A stretch of DNA of 64,000 nucleotides from Nitrosopumilaceae archaeon. Its GTDB lineage: Archaea > Thermoproteota > Nitrososphaeria > Nitrososphaerales > Nitrosopumilaceae. The stretch is from assembly GCA_965207375.1 (NCBI GenBank), contig OZ242274.1, positions 512,001 to 576,000 on the forward strand, given 5' to 3'. The notes beneath the pieces were generated by a model. The model was not told the origin of the DNA, made no database searches, and saw only the letters and a program-made list of their open reading frames with translations. Positions within the stretch are counted from its first letter, which is position 1. Each line of letters opens with the position of its first letter. Below, one piece after another: positions 1 to 9,229 of the stretch. A program made the position numbers and the translations under genes.

Positions 1-118
1 GCGGAACGCCAAGTTCATCAACAACTTTTGTGTAGATATCTTGTTTGTCAGTGACCCCCTTGTCGAGATAAGAATTAATTGCTTCTTTGATGATTGTACT
101 TTGATTTGTACGGTTCAC
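1..118 (-). CDS. Small hypothetical protein, 5' part (runs off window start)
   Basis: Manual translation from GTG at 118: MNRTNQSTIIKEAINSYLDKGVTDKQDIYTKVVDELGVP...; AT-rich promoter-like region upstream; not in ORF track. Confidence 0.6.
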   Translation of the reverse strand, partial: MNRTNQSTIIKEAINSYLDKGVTDKQDIYTKVVDELGVP

Positions 119-298
119 GAGATATACATTTTAGTTGTTATATATAAGATTATAATTTGTGTACAAATTTTAAAAATAAAAATTAAAAAAATAATTACAA
201 AATTAAAAAATACTATGATACAAAACATATTTTAAAAAAACTGTTCTGCATGATACATTGATCAGAAGACTCTTATGATGACATGATTATTTTAGAAT

Positions 299-778
299 AT
301 GACCGGTGTAGTCATTGAGACTAATTTGGGCAATATGTCATTTAAACTATTATCAGATCTTGCACCAGAAACTGTAAGAAATTTTGAGAAATTAGCAGAA
401 TCTGGCTTTTATGATGGAACACTGTTTCATAGGGTAATTCCCGGATTCATGATTCAGGGCGGAGATCCCAATACCAAGCAACCTGACAAGTCTAATTGGG
501 GAATGGGAGGTCCCGGATATACAATAAGGGCAGAATTTAGTTCACGTTCACACCTCAGAGGCATAGTTTCGATGGCACGTGCACAAGATCCAAACAGTGC
601 AGGTTCTCAATTCTTCATAGTGACTAGTGACAGTACGTTCTTAGACAAGCAGTATACTGTATTTGGCGAGGTCATAGAAGGTATGGACGTGGCAGATAAG
701 ATTGTGAATCTTCAAAGAGACGGAAATGATTGTCCAATACAGGATGTAAAAATGCTTAAAGTGTCCCTAGTACAATGA
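299..778 (+). CDS. Cyclophilin-type peptidyl-prolyl cis-trans isomerase
   Basis: FYDGTLFHRVIPGFMIQGGDP, SMARAQDPNSAGSQFFI and LDKQYTVFGEV motifs. Confidence 0.97.
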   Translation: MTGVVIETNLGNMSFKLLSDLAPETVRNFEKLAESGFYDGTLFHRVIPGFMIQGGDPNTKQPDKSNWGMGGPGYTIRAEFSSRSHLRGIVSMARAQDPNSAGSQFFIVTSDSTFLDKQYTVFGEVIEGMDVADKIVNLQRDGNDCPIQDVKMLKVSLVQ

Positions 779-1680
779 GAGACCTAGCTTTGAAAGGGGC
801 AGTTTTGATAATAATTGCAGTTTTACTAGTTATTCCGCTACAGGCAGCCTCCGCCCAAGAGATTACGCTTGCCCAAAAAGCAAACCAGAAATCAATTGAG
901 GTACATATTTCAAAAGATGGCAACGTTGGCATCCTCCACATTGTGGAGGAGTCTTCTGCCCCTAGACAGATCGATTTGATACAAGGTGCGCCAGACAATA
1001 TCAAAGTGACAGAGATAGGAGGAGGACAAACACAATATGCAATGATTAATGGAGATCTAGGGGTGATGTTTCTGCCGTCTACTGCAGAACGCATAGTACA
1101 ATATGATTTGGATAATGCACTGGTGCAAGAGCAGGGTTTGTGGAAATGGGAATTTCGATATTTGGAGAGTACAAAATTTTTCTTTCCTGAAAATATCAAC
1201 ATGATATTTGTAGACGGGCAACCTGTTTTGCTTGATGAAAAAAAGGCAATAAACTGCCACGGTTGTGAGATGGTTTTGGAATTTTTTGAAGACCAAGATA
1301 TTCAGGTGGTGCAGGTAAATTGGAAACAGTATGAATTTGAGTTGCCAATAATTTCACCATCTGAAATTAAAGAGCTTGAATTTGATCAGCCATCAAAAAG
1401 CATTAGCTTTGTTCCAAGTCAGACAAACCAGCTAATAACTGTGGTATTGCCTTTTGAATTGTTATGGGAGCCGTATCAGGTGTACCAGGGAGACGAAAAA
1501 ATTCCGTTACACTCGTACATCAAAAATGACACACATGTATGGCTCAATGTAAGATCTGACAGTATGGAACCCATTACCATAATTGGAACCACTGTGATTC
1601 CCGAATTTTCCTTGTTTTTGCCATTGGTTTTAGGTGTTGCAGTAATTGTGTCTATACAGTATAGGACTATTCTCCGCTAG
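775..1680 (+). CDS. Surface protein with PEFG-CTERM-like sorting signal
   Basis: N-terminal signal peptide; C-terminus IIGTTVIPEF + hydrophobic helix + basic tail. Confidence 0.8.
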   Translation: MRDLALKGAVLIIIAVLLVIPLQAASAQEITLAQKANQKSIEVHISKDGNVGILHIVEESSAPRQIDLIQGAPDNIKVTEIGGGQTQYAMINGDLGVMFLPSTAERIVQYDLDNALVQEQGLWKWEFRYLESTKFFFPENINMIFVDGQPVLLDEKKAINCHGCEMVLEFFEDQDIQVVQVNWKQYEFELPIISPSEIKELEFDQPSKSISFVPSQTNQLITVVLPFELLWEPYQVYQGDEKIPLHSYIKNDTHVWLNVRSDSMEPITIIGTTVIPEFSLFLPLVLGVAVIVSIQYRTILR

Positions 1681-1831
1681 AACCGCAGGAACAAAAACCG
1701 TATTCGTCAATGCGAGAATTGCAGAGTGGGCATTTTTCATTGTAATCTACCTCCCATGGTTCTTTTCCAAATAGGCGGAAATGATCATCAATTTCTTTTG
1801 GAATAATTCTTTTTTTATCCAAATATATCAT
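1667..1831 (-). CDS. Small Cys-rich (zinc-ribbon-like) protein, 54 aa
   Basis: Manual translation MIYLDKKRIIPKEIDDHFRLFGKEPWEVDYNEKCPLCNSRIDEYGFCSCGSSGE; CPxC...CxC; below ORF-track cutoff. Confidence 0.7.
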   Translation of the reverse strand: MIYLDKKRIIPKEIDDHFRLFGKEPWEVDYNEKCPLCNSRIDEYGFCSCGSSGE

Positions 1832-1871
1832 ACACCAATACAACTATACATATATCATTTCTTAAAAATAC

Positions 1872-2060
1872 ATGGTAGATTGTGGATGTCACTGTATAAA
1901 ATGTGGCAGTACCGATGTGACATCAAAGCAGGTTGGCAAAACAGAACCAGACGGATACTTTGATATGCATCACACATGTAACAAATGCAATACACATTTT
2001 GATCATCTAGAAGGAGATACATTTGATTCTTGTCAGCTATGTGATTTTAATTCTAGCTAG
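1872..2060 (+). CDS. Small Cys/His-rich metal-binding protein
   Basis: CGCHCIKC, HHTCNKCNTHFDH and CQLC motifs in 62 aa. Confidence 0.75.
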   Translation: MVDCGCHCIKCGSTDVTSKQVGKTEPDGYFDMHHTCNKCNTHFDHLEGDTFDSCQLCDFNSS

Positions 2061-2523
2061 CCAAGAGATCTTTATTTTTTGAATAATAATTCCGGTTATT
2101 TTGAGAGTCTTTGGTCAATTTTCTGCTAAAGGCCATCTTTGTCAATGTTTTAGAGACCTCTAGAGGACTTGCAATCCAGCCGTATTCGCGTAATTGGCCA
2201 ACGGTTTCAGAGACGGTGCGTGGTTTGACAAAAAATGCTGCCTTTTCTAGTTCTTCTAATTTTGCTGTTACCTCATGACCCTCAATCCAGACGGGATTGA
2301 CAAATTCAGGCTCGTGAACTTCTGCATCGTCTAGTAATTTTAAATGCGGTAGATTTGGTTCTGCTGGTTTGGCGTCCTCAGATGTTGTATCAAGTGCCAG
2401 ATTTGCAGTAAGATGCTTTGAAATATCTGCAATAACTTGGCCTATTGATTGATTATCCACATAGAAATCTCTGGAATCGACCTCTATTTCGCCGTCGCCA
2501 ATTCTGATTTTGATCCTAGCCAT
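2053..2523 (-). CDS. Hypothetical protein with C-terminal winged-helix-like region
   Basis: 156-aa ORF; FFVKPRTVSETVGQLREYGW...VSKTLTKM...NRNYY resembles wHTH. Confidence 0.65.
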   Translation of the reverse strand: MARIKIRIGDGEIEVDSRDFYVDNQSIGQVIADISKHLTANLALDTTSEDAKPAEPNLPHLKLLDDAEVHEPEFVNPVWIEGHEVTAKLEELEKAAFFVKPRTVSETVGQLREYGWIASPLEVSKTLTKMAFSRKLTKDSQNNRNYYSKNKDLLAS

Positions 2524-2653
2524 GAGATTTAATGGTTGAATTTTGATTTATTCTGTTAGCTCTAAGTAGGTTTGATAATAGATCAAAATTTTTACACAAA
2601 TTATCTGTATTTTTTTGCTTTTAGCTTCAAATCTAAAAATGATAATACTAGGC

Positions 2654-3106
2654 ATGAGACGCTCAAGAAAGGTGCTGGTATTCCTTCTGATTCTGGGTTT
2701 TGTCGGGTTTGGGTATGCCCAATATGCGTTTGCCTCACAGATTGGCGTATCAGTAATGCATAGTGAACTGTCTGAAGACGGGACAGATTCAAGGTACGAT
2801 TTACAACTACAGTTTGATAATCCGTCATGGCTGTATCTGACTGCTGGTGAGACAGAATTTGTAATTTCTGCAGATGATGAAAAAATAGGCCACGGGACAC
2901 TATCTCCATTTGTGCTTCCGGCATTGGGTAAAACAGTTGCGTATGGAACGTTTGAAAAAAGCAGGCATTTGGCAGAATCCGAAGAGGTTCCAACTGTAAA
3001 GATTAGCGGAGTAACACAGTATGATATTTTCATAACGTCAATAGATGTTCCGTTTGTGTTTTATCCAACAGAGGAGCAGGCAAGAGAATTTATACATCAG
3101 AGCTAG
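2654..3106 (+). CDS. Membrane-anchored hypothetical protein (LEA/WHy-like beta fold possible)
   Basis: Basic N-terminus + TM helix, then LQFDNPS motif; start placed at MRRSRK. Confidence 0.6.
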   Translation: MRRSRKVLVFLLILGFVGFGYAQYAFASQIGVSVMHSELSEDGTDSRYDLQLQFDNPSWLYLTAGETEFVISADDEKIGHGTLSPFVLPALGKTVAYGTFEKSRHLAESEEVPTVKISGVTQYDIFITSIDVPFVFYPTEEQAREFIHQS

Positions 3107-3115
3107 AACGCATTT

Positions 3116-4009
3116 GTGTTAACCGTATTTGGTTCTACAGCACTAGACACAATACGTACTCCAAATAAAATTTTAAAGGATGTGTTGGGTGGAGCTGCAG
3201 CATTTGCTGCAGTTTCGGCAAGCTATTTTGCAGAGACGGGTCTAATTGCAGTAATAGGTGAGGACTTTCCAAAAAAATATCACAGACTATTGGGAAAACA
3301 TTTGGACCTGCAAGGATTAACTGTTGCCAAGGGTAAAACGTTTAGGTATGACGGAAGCTATGACAGAACATTAAGTTCTAGAAAAACGCTCAAAACTGAA
3401 TTAAATGTATTGGGAGATTTTCATCCTACAGTTCCCCAGGAATATAAAAAATCAAAATTCGTTTATCTTGCAAATAACGATCCAGAGCAAAATGTAAAAT
3501 TAATTAAAGAATTTGATAATGTAAAATTTTCAATGTGTGATACGATAGAGTTTTGGATTTCAACTAAGAGAAATGCCGTAATTAAAATGATCAAAGCAGT
3601 AGATGCGGTGGTAATCAATGACGAGGAGGCAAGGCAGCTCACAGGAGAATTCAATCTGATAAAATGCGCAAAGAAAATTAAGAGTTGGGGGACAAAATTT
3701 GTAATTATAAAAAAGGGGGAGCACGGTTCACTTTTGTTTTATGAGGATGTGCTTTTTCCCACAGTCGGATTCCCGCTTGAAGGTGTAATAGATCCTACTG
3801 GTGCGGGTGATTCTTTTGCAGGAGCCATGATAGGATATATGGCAAGTCAAAATTCAACAAGTGTGTCATCTATCAAAAAAGCCATAGTATATGGTAATGT
3901 CATGGGATCATTTGCAGTTGAGAGGTACGGCATGGAAGGACTGACAGGGATCAAAAAATCACATATTGACAGGCGACTCAAAGATTATCAAAAGATGATT
4001 AGATTCTAA
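3116..4009 (+). CDS. PfkB/ribokinase-family carbohydrate or nucleoside kinase
   Basis: GGAAAFAA, INDEEA, IIKKGEHGS and DPTGAGDSF motifs. Confidence 0.93.
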   Translation: MLTVFGSTALDTIRTPNKILKDVLGGAAAFAAVSASYFAETGLIAVIGEDFPKKYHRLLGKHLDLQGLTVAKGKTFRYDGSYDRTLSSRKTLKTELNVLGDFHPTVPQEYKKSKFVYLANNDPEQNVKLIKEFDNVKFSMCDTIEFWISTKRNAVIKMIKAVDAVVINDEEARQLTGEFNLIKCAKKIKSWGTKFVIIKKGEHGSLLFYEDVLFPTVGFPLEGVIDPTGAGDSFAGAMIGYMASQNSTSVSSIKKAIVYGNVMGSFAVERYGMEGLTGIKKSHIDRRLKDYQKMIRF

Positions 4010-4050
4010 AAAAGATTTAAGTTTGTTTGGTGTAGTCATTTAATAAGAAT

Positions 4051-4404
4051 TTGACTCGAGAGGTTTCAGAAAAGTTAGATCGATTAGATGCAATTTTTGC
4101 ATTACAAAAAGGATTGGCAGGCGTGATGAAACATGACAGATATCCAAACAATGTAGAAGGCCGTGTTTCTGCTCTTTGTACTGCAATAATGCACGAAGCA
4201 GTGGAATTACAGCGGACTACAAATTGGAAATGGTGGAAGGTGCCAGTGGAGTTTGATGCAGATGAGGCCAAGGAGGAACTAATCGACATATGGCATTTTG
4301 TGGTTCAGGCATCAATAGAATTAGGTCTTACACCTGATGATATTGTTGCAGAATACAAAAAGAAAAACGAGATAAATCGAGAGAGACAAAGAAACGGGTA
4401 TTGA
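4051..4404 (+). CDS. Dimeric (all-alpha) dUTPase-family protein
   Basis: EAVEL...WKWWK...EELIDIWHF...YKKKNEINRERQ motifs. Confidence 0.88.
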   Translation: MTREVSEKLDRLDAIFALQKGLAGVMKHDRYPNNVEGRVSALCTAIMHEAVELQRTTNWKWWKVPVEFDADEAKEELIDIWHFVVQASIELGLTPDDIVAEYKKKNEINRERQRNGY

Positions 4405-4603
4405 TGTCAGGTCATGGTGAGATGAGCATGGTAAATTTGAGTGTAAATTTGTGCCTGAATTTGTAAGATTAGTCGAGGGCAGATTCACAATTAGAATCAA
4501 AACACAAATGTTCTGCTGTGTCGCGTTGGCATACTAGATGACTTGCAGTATTTGGTGATTTAACCCCTCAAAATTTAAGGAGGTCTCTAGTACCGTTGTC
4601 TTA

Positions 4604-5488
4604 TTGGGCAGGTATACAGTAATTGGCGGTTATTCGTCGCAAGATTTAGCTAGAAAAATTGCAAAAAATCTAAAGGCAGATTATATCAAAACTGAGATGC
4701 GAATTTTCCCAGATGGAGAGCAAAAAATTACATTGTCAGCTGATCCTACAAATAACACAATTGTTGTAGTTCAGTCGGCGTTTTCGCCTGTGGATTCAAA
4801 TTTGATCCAAATTCTGTCGTTAATTGACAAAGCAAAACAGCACAGCTCAAAAGTTTTTGCGGTAATTCCCTACATAGGATATGCAAGACAGGATAAAGAA
4901 TTTCTGCCAGGAGAGATTGTTACAATAAAAGTTATTGCAAGATTATTAAAATCTGCAGGAGCTACTAGGATTTTTCTAGTAGACATTCACAGTAAGGTGG
5001 CATTAAAACAATTCAAGTCATCGGGGAGAAATATTTCGGCAATACCTGATTTGGTAAGACATTTAAGAAAATTAAAACTAAAAGATCCCCTGATTGTATC
5101 GCCTGATGCAGGGGGGGCAGAGAGGGCAAAGCAATTTGCCAAACAGTTTAATTCTAATTTTATTGCGCTTGAAAAGAAACGTGATAGGAAAACAGGAAAG
5201 GTAAAGATAGTGTCGTCTAATCTAGACGAAGTGAAAAATCGCGACTTGGTTTTAGTAGACGACATGATAAGTACGGGAGGAAGTATCATCAAGGCAACTG
5301 AATTTTTGAAGAGACAAAAATGCAGGAGGATTTTTGTTGCGTGTAGTCATGCATTATTGGTAAATGATGCAAAGGCAAAGATTTGCAAGGCAGGGGTTGT
5401 AAAGATCATCAGTGCAAACACTATTCCGGGGCCGACATCTATAGTAGACATATCAAAAACATTGGCCTCTGCCATCCAAGATGCATAA
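4604..5488 (+). CDS. prs: Ribose-phosphate pyrophosphokinase
   Basis: FPDGE, PYIGYARQDK, VDIH, SPDAGG and VDDMISTGGS motifs. Confidence 0.96.
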   Translation: MGRYTVIGGYSSQDLARKIAKNLKADYIKTEMRIFPDGEQKITLSADPTNNTIVVVQSAFSPVDSNLIQILSLIDKAKQHSSKVFAVIPYIGYARQDKEFLPGEIVTIKVIARLLKSAGATRIFLVDIHSKVALKQFKSSGRNISAIPDLVRHLRKLKLKDPLIVSPDAGGAERAKQFAKQFNSNFIALEKKRDRKTGKVKIVSSNLDEVKNRDLVLVDDMISTGGSIIKATEFLKRQKCRRIFVACSHALLVNDAKAKICKAGVVKIISANTIPGPTSIVDISKTLASAIQDA

Positions 5489-5595
5489 AGGTTTTCAGGG
5501 ACCAAAAATCTCTAATTGAAGATGTAATTTCTATAGAAATAACATGTAGTTAGGAGGCTAAGGCATAAAAGCTTGACTAGAACAATATTAGTGGA

Positions 5596-6495
5596 ATGAA
5601 ACTTGTATTTTTGGGTACGTCTGCTGCACAGCCTACGGCACAAAGGGGTCTGACATGCATATGCCTAAAAAGAGATAGAGAAATAATCATGTTTGATGTA
5701 GGAGAATCGGCTCAGATTGCGTATATGAAGGCAGGATTAGGATGGAATAAAAAAATGAAAATTTTGATCACACATATGCACGGAGATCACTGTGTAGGGA
5801 TTTTAGGATTGCTGCAAACTATGTCAATGCAAAACAGAAAAGAGAAACTGGAAATTTATGGTCCAAAAGGAATTGACGATTTTGTTAAACACAACATAAA
5901 GATTTTAGACTTTAGATTGACGTTTCCTATTTTTATTAGCATTATTGATGAGGGAAAAATAATTGATGAAAAAGATTACTGTATTTATGTATCAGAGGCT
6001 GATCACTCGATAACTGCATATTCGTATCGATTTGATGAAAAAGACAAACCCGGAAGATTCCATAAAGAAAAGGCTCAACAGCTTGGAATACCGGAGGGGG
6101 AGTTGTGGGGTATACTACAACATGGCAATGACATTGAAATTGATGGAAAAAAGATAACTCCCAATCAGGTGTTAGGAGAGAAAAGACCTGGCAAGAAGAT
6201 TGGAATTTCAGGAGACACTAGGCCGACAGAAAAATTGCGAAAATTCTTTGAGCGATGTGACTATCTTACCTTTGATGCCACATTTTTAGACGAATTAAAA
6301 GATAGAGCATTGGCGACGCGGCATTCTACTGCAGCAGAGGCTGGAAAATTTGCACGTGATGCAAATGTAACAAATTTGATAATGACGCACTTTTCTGCTA
6401 GATACAGCAGTACAAAACCCCTAGTACAAGAGGCAGGAAGGTTGCCTGGTACAGTTATTGCCGCCGAAGATCTTTTAGAAATTGAGATAAAATAA
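5596..6495 (+). CDS. rnz: Ribonuclease Z
   Basis: FLGTSAAQPT, THMHGDH, SGDTRP, HST and THFSARY motifs. Confidence 0.96.
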   Translation: MKLVFLGTSAAQPTAQRGLTCICLKRDREIIMFDVGESAQIAYMKAGLGWNKKMKILITHMHGDHCVGILGLLQTMSMQNRKEKLEIYGPKGIDDFVKHNIKILDFRLTFPIFISIIDEGKIIDEKDYCIYVSEADHSITAYSYRFDEKDKPGRFHKEKAQQLGIPEGELWGILQHGNDIEIDGKKITPNQVLGEKRPGKKIGISGDTRPTEKLRKFFERCDYLTFDATFLDELKDRALATRHSTAAEAGKFARDANVTNLIMTHFSARYSSTKPLVQEAGRLPGTVIAAEDLLEIEIK

Positions 6496-7217
6496 TGGTT
6501 TTTGGACCTTTAAAAGAGCAGATCAAGCAGGCAAAGAGAATAGTTTTTGTCACAGGGGCTGGAATGTCTCAGGAGAGTGGAATTCCAACCTTTAGAGGCA
6601 AAGAGGGATACTGGCGCAATTATGATCCTATGAAATTGGCAACCATAGCAGCATTTTATCAAGATCCAGTCTTGGTTTGGGAGTGGTACAATGAAAGAAG
6701 AAGAAACATTCTTGCTGCACAGCCCAACTCAGGACATTGGGCAATTGCAGAATTGGAAAAATTTGTAGAGGTGGTTATACTCACACAAAATATAGATGGA
6801 TTACATCAAAGATCTGGAAGTTCTAATGTATTAGAGTTACATGGTAGCATAATCAAAATAAAATGTACGGTTTGTAGTTTTAAGGATACAGTACAAGAGA
6901 ATTTTAAAACGTCGCCTCCGTTATGTGAATGTGGAGGCATGTTAAGACCAGACGTGGTTTGGTTTGGAGAGTCACTTGATCAGGAGATATGGAATCGTGC
7001 TATCAATTATGCCAGCGAGACAGAATTAATGATAATTGTAGGAACGTCATTGGTAGTGTCTCCTGCCAATTCCCTACCGATGTATACAAAGCAAAATGAT
7101 GGGATTTTAGTTGAAATCAATCCAAATAAAACTGAAAATGTCGGGAAAATGGACTTGGCCATACAACAAACGTCGTCGCAGGCAATACCAGAACTGGTCA
7201 AAATTTTTCAGAGTTAG
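6495..7217 (+). CDS. cobB: Sir2-family NAD-dependent protein deacylase
   Basis: TGAGMSQESGIPTFRG, TQNIDGLHQ, LHG, RPDVVWFGE and GTSLVVSPA motifs. Confidence 0.96.
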   Translation: MVFGPLKEQIKQAKRIVFVTGAGMSQESGIPTFRGKEGYWRNYDPMKLATIAAFYQDPVLVWEWYNERRRNILAAQPNSGHWAIAELEKFVEVVILTQNIDGLHQRSGSSNVLELHGSIIKIKCTVCSFKDTVQENFKTSPPLCECGGMLRPDVVWFGESLDQEIWNRAINYASETELMIIVGTSLVVSPANSLPMYTKQNDGILVEINPNKTENVGKMDLAIQQTSSQAIPELVKIFQS

Positions 7218-7316
7218 TGCTTTGGTAGCATCAGTGCCAAATGTTTGCAAGTGTAAAAATCACATTAAATATTGGCCAGTAACACAATACACCCAATTAC
7301 AATATATTTTGTAACA

Positions 7317-7396
7317 AAGTTGCGTGCATAAAAAATACCGAATCTATGATTTTTACATTAGATTCGAGCACGGCACTTTGTAAAATCGATCAGTTA
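7317..7396. repeat. ~80-bp dispersed repeat, copy 1 (copy 2 at 51660-51739)
   Basis: AAGTTGCGTG..ATAAAAAAT..CTATGATTTTTACATT..TAAAATCGATCAGTTA shared colinearly with substitutions. Confidence 0.8.
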
Positions 7397-7403
7397 TCAT
7401 TTT

Positions 7404-7655
7404 TTATCTCTTCACCTGTACAGATCTAATCTCTATTTCTTCTAGTGCGTTGTGTTGCATGAGAGCAAGTATTTTCTTTGCCCTGTTTCTTACATCTTTT
7501 ACTGCATATGATGATTTGATAATTCTTTCAAGTACATTCATTTCCTCAATAAAGAGTTGGCTCTGAACCAACAGGCTAGTTTGGAATTTAATGTTACTTT
7601 CGTAAAAACGATCCAATTCTTCATCGGTAGGCTCATATTTTGTGTCAGTCATCAT
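7404..7655 (-). CDS. Hypothetical helical protein
   Basis: ORF MMTDTKYEPTDEELDRFYESN...; no recognisable motif. Confidence 0.5.
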   Translation of the reverse strand: MMTDTKYEPTDEELDRFYESNIKFQTSLLVQSQLFIEEMNVLERIIKSSYAVKDVRNRAKKILALMQHNALEEIEIRSVQVKR

Positions 7656-7882
7656 AAACCAAATGACACAATATGATTTATAGGCATTATGCACGATTGA
7701 TCAATTTAAAATCAAATCAAAATTTATTCAATTAAATTATATATCTAAAATTTCATCATGACAAGTCCATCTATGAGTCATTCCACAGAACTATTCAATC
7801 ATCCCGTGACTCTAGAAATTTTCCCTAAAAATTTTTTAAAATTTCAAGATCATGTTTTTATTTGATCGTCTAATATGTACAG

Positions 7883-7974
7883 TGAGAGGCTAGAACTGGA
7901 AATAACCAATACCTGTCTGTGCTTCGAGCACTTTAGTAGAGGGAACCCGGGTCTCCAACGCTTGATGCCTCTCA
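7883..7974. ncRNA. Putative structured non-coding RNA (unassigned)
   Basis: GC-enriched island in AT-rich intergenic DNA; closing stem TGAGAGGC/GCCTCTCA; inner hairpin GTGCTTCGAGCAC; TATA-like box for the minus strand at 8001-8010. Confidence 0.4.
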
Positions 7975-8214
7975 TATTAATTGAATTAATTGGCTTGTTC
8001 ATATAATAAAGTGTATTTGTTCACGTAATAGTTAATTTGTGTCTAAATGAATGATGAGATTCTCGAAAAATTAGGTATGAGGTGAACAAGTACTAGATTT
8101 GTAATTTCAATCTACAGTTGTTTTTTTCGTGTAAAAAATCACAATAAAGACCATTTATGTAGAATTTATGGTAAATATGATTTAAAATGTCTACGTGGAT
8201 TTGTACACTAAAAT

Positions 8215-8610
8215 TCATGTCTGAAGCAACCACTCTATAATTCTGTCAGTCTGTGCAGATTGTATTGATATCTTTATGGGGCCTAGGGGGGATTCGTCAT
8301 CACGTTCGCACAAAGCAATGACGCCTGCAAATGCTGCCTGTTTGTTTAGATAAAACCAAAGCGAGTTATCATACATGTTTTTCCTAAATTGTCTACTAAA
8401 AGATCTTTGAGATTGCTTGTTTTGTATGTCTTGATATATTTTTTCCAAGCAATGAAGATTGTTTGAGCTTGCATGTAATGAATGGTTTTTTTGTTCAAGG
8501 TTTAATTCCGGAAAGATGTTTCCAAGAGCTTGTTTGATTTTGGTTTCATCCTCAGAAGGATAAATTGCACAACCTATAGAAACTTTGCAGGCAATGTTTG
8601 GTAGATTCAT
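8215..8610 (-). CDS. UPF0201-like archaeal RNA-binding domain protein
   Basis: IYPSEDETKIKQAL, FYLNKQAAFAG and ESPLGPI motifs. Confidence 0.85.
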   Translation of the reverse strand: MNLPNIACKVSIGCAIYPSEDETKIKQALGNIFPELNLEQKNHSLHASSNNLHCLEKIYQDIQNKQSQRSFSRQFRKNMYDNSLWFYLNKQAAFAGVIALCERDDESPLGPIKISIQSAQTDRIIEWLLQT

Positions 8611-9155
8611 TGAATCCAACCTTGAATTATTTCAAAAGCCCTATTGACTAGTTGTTGTTTGGTAAGGCTATTGTTTGATATGGATTCGTCTGCTAATGCT
8701 ATAGAGGTCGATATGCCAACTTTGATCTCTCGAGTATCTCGTTGTTGGAAATTATCTTTTGATTTTGGATCATCGGAGCGACCCCGTTTTGAGAGAAAAT
8801 CAAATCGAGTATCGGTGGATGCATGAACAGATAGTAATTTGACAATTCCAATGGTTCTTAACACCTCAATTTCTGCATTGGAGCGAATGCCGTCAATTAA
8901 GAATACCTTTGAAGTAGATTGTAGGATTTCAGATTTGATCAATTCTGCAACTGCTCCTTGGCCATTTTTTTCACGCAGTTCTAGCATTAATTTTCCTAGG
9001 TTTTGTCCGTTTGGTTCGAGATTTCTTTTGGCAGCTTCTCTTCTGATTGCATCACCCATGTTAATAATGTGATATTTCTTGGGTTTGAGGCCCTCTGCAA
9101 TTGTGGATTTACCTGCGCCTGGCATTCCTGTAAGACAAACAATTAGCTTTGACAT
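8607..9155 (-). CDS. UPF0200-like P-loop nucleotide kinase (dephospho-CoA kinase-like)
   Basis: LTGMPGAGKST, MGDAIRREA, IDGIRS and RGRSDD motifs. Confidence 0.88.
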   Translation of the reverse strand: MSKLIVCLTGMPGAGKSTIAEGLKPKKYHIINMGDAIRREAAKRNLEPNGQNLGKLMLELREKNGQGAVAELIKSEILQSTSKVFLIDGIRSNAEIEVLRTIGIVKLLSVHASTDTRFDFLSKRGRSDDPKSKDNFQQRDTREIKVGISTSIALADESISNNSLTKQQLVNRAFEIIQGWIQ

Positions 9156-9229
9156 CAATGGATAGGATGGTGCTCAGCTCTATGAAGTTTACCGCAAATT
9201 ATTATAAAGATACCATGAAAAACGTGATA

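Noticed and set aside
41-235. 64-aa plus-strand ORF
   Set aside because: AT-rich and low complexity; overlaps a more protein-like minus-strand ORF (1-118) and a promoter region
4405-4560. Possible small ORF or pseudogene between dUTPase and prs
   Set aside because: No convincing start or motif in the frames I read
7883-7974. tRNA, SAM-I or fluoride riboswitch, or C/D sRNA identity for the structured island
   Set aside because: GAGACCCGGGTTC resembles a T-arm start but lacks the matching loop and stem; riboswitch cores and C/D boxes are absent
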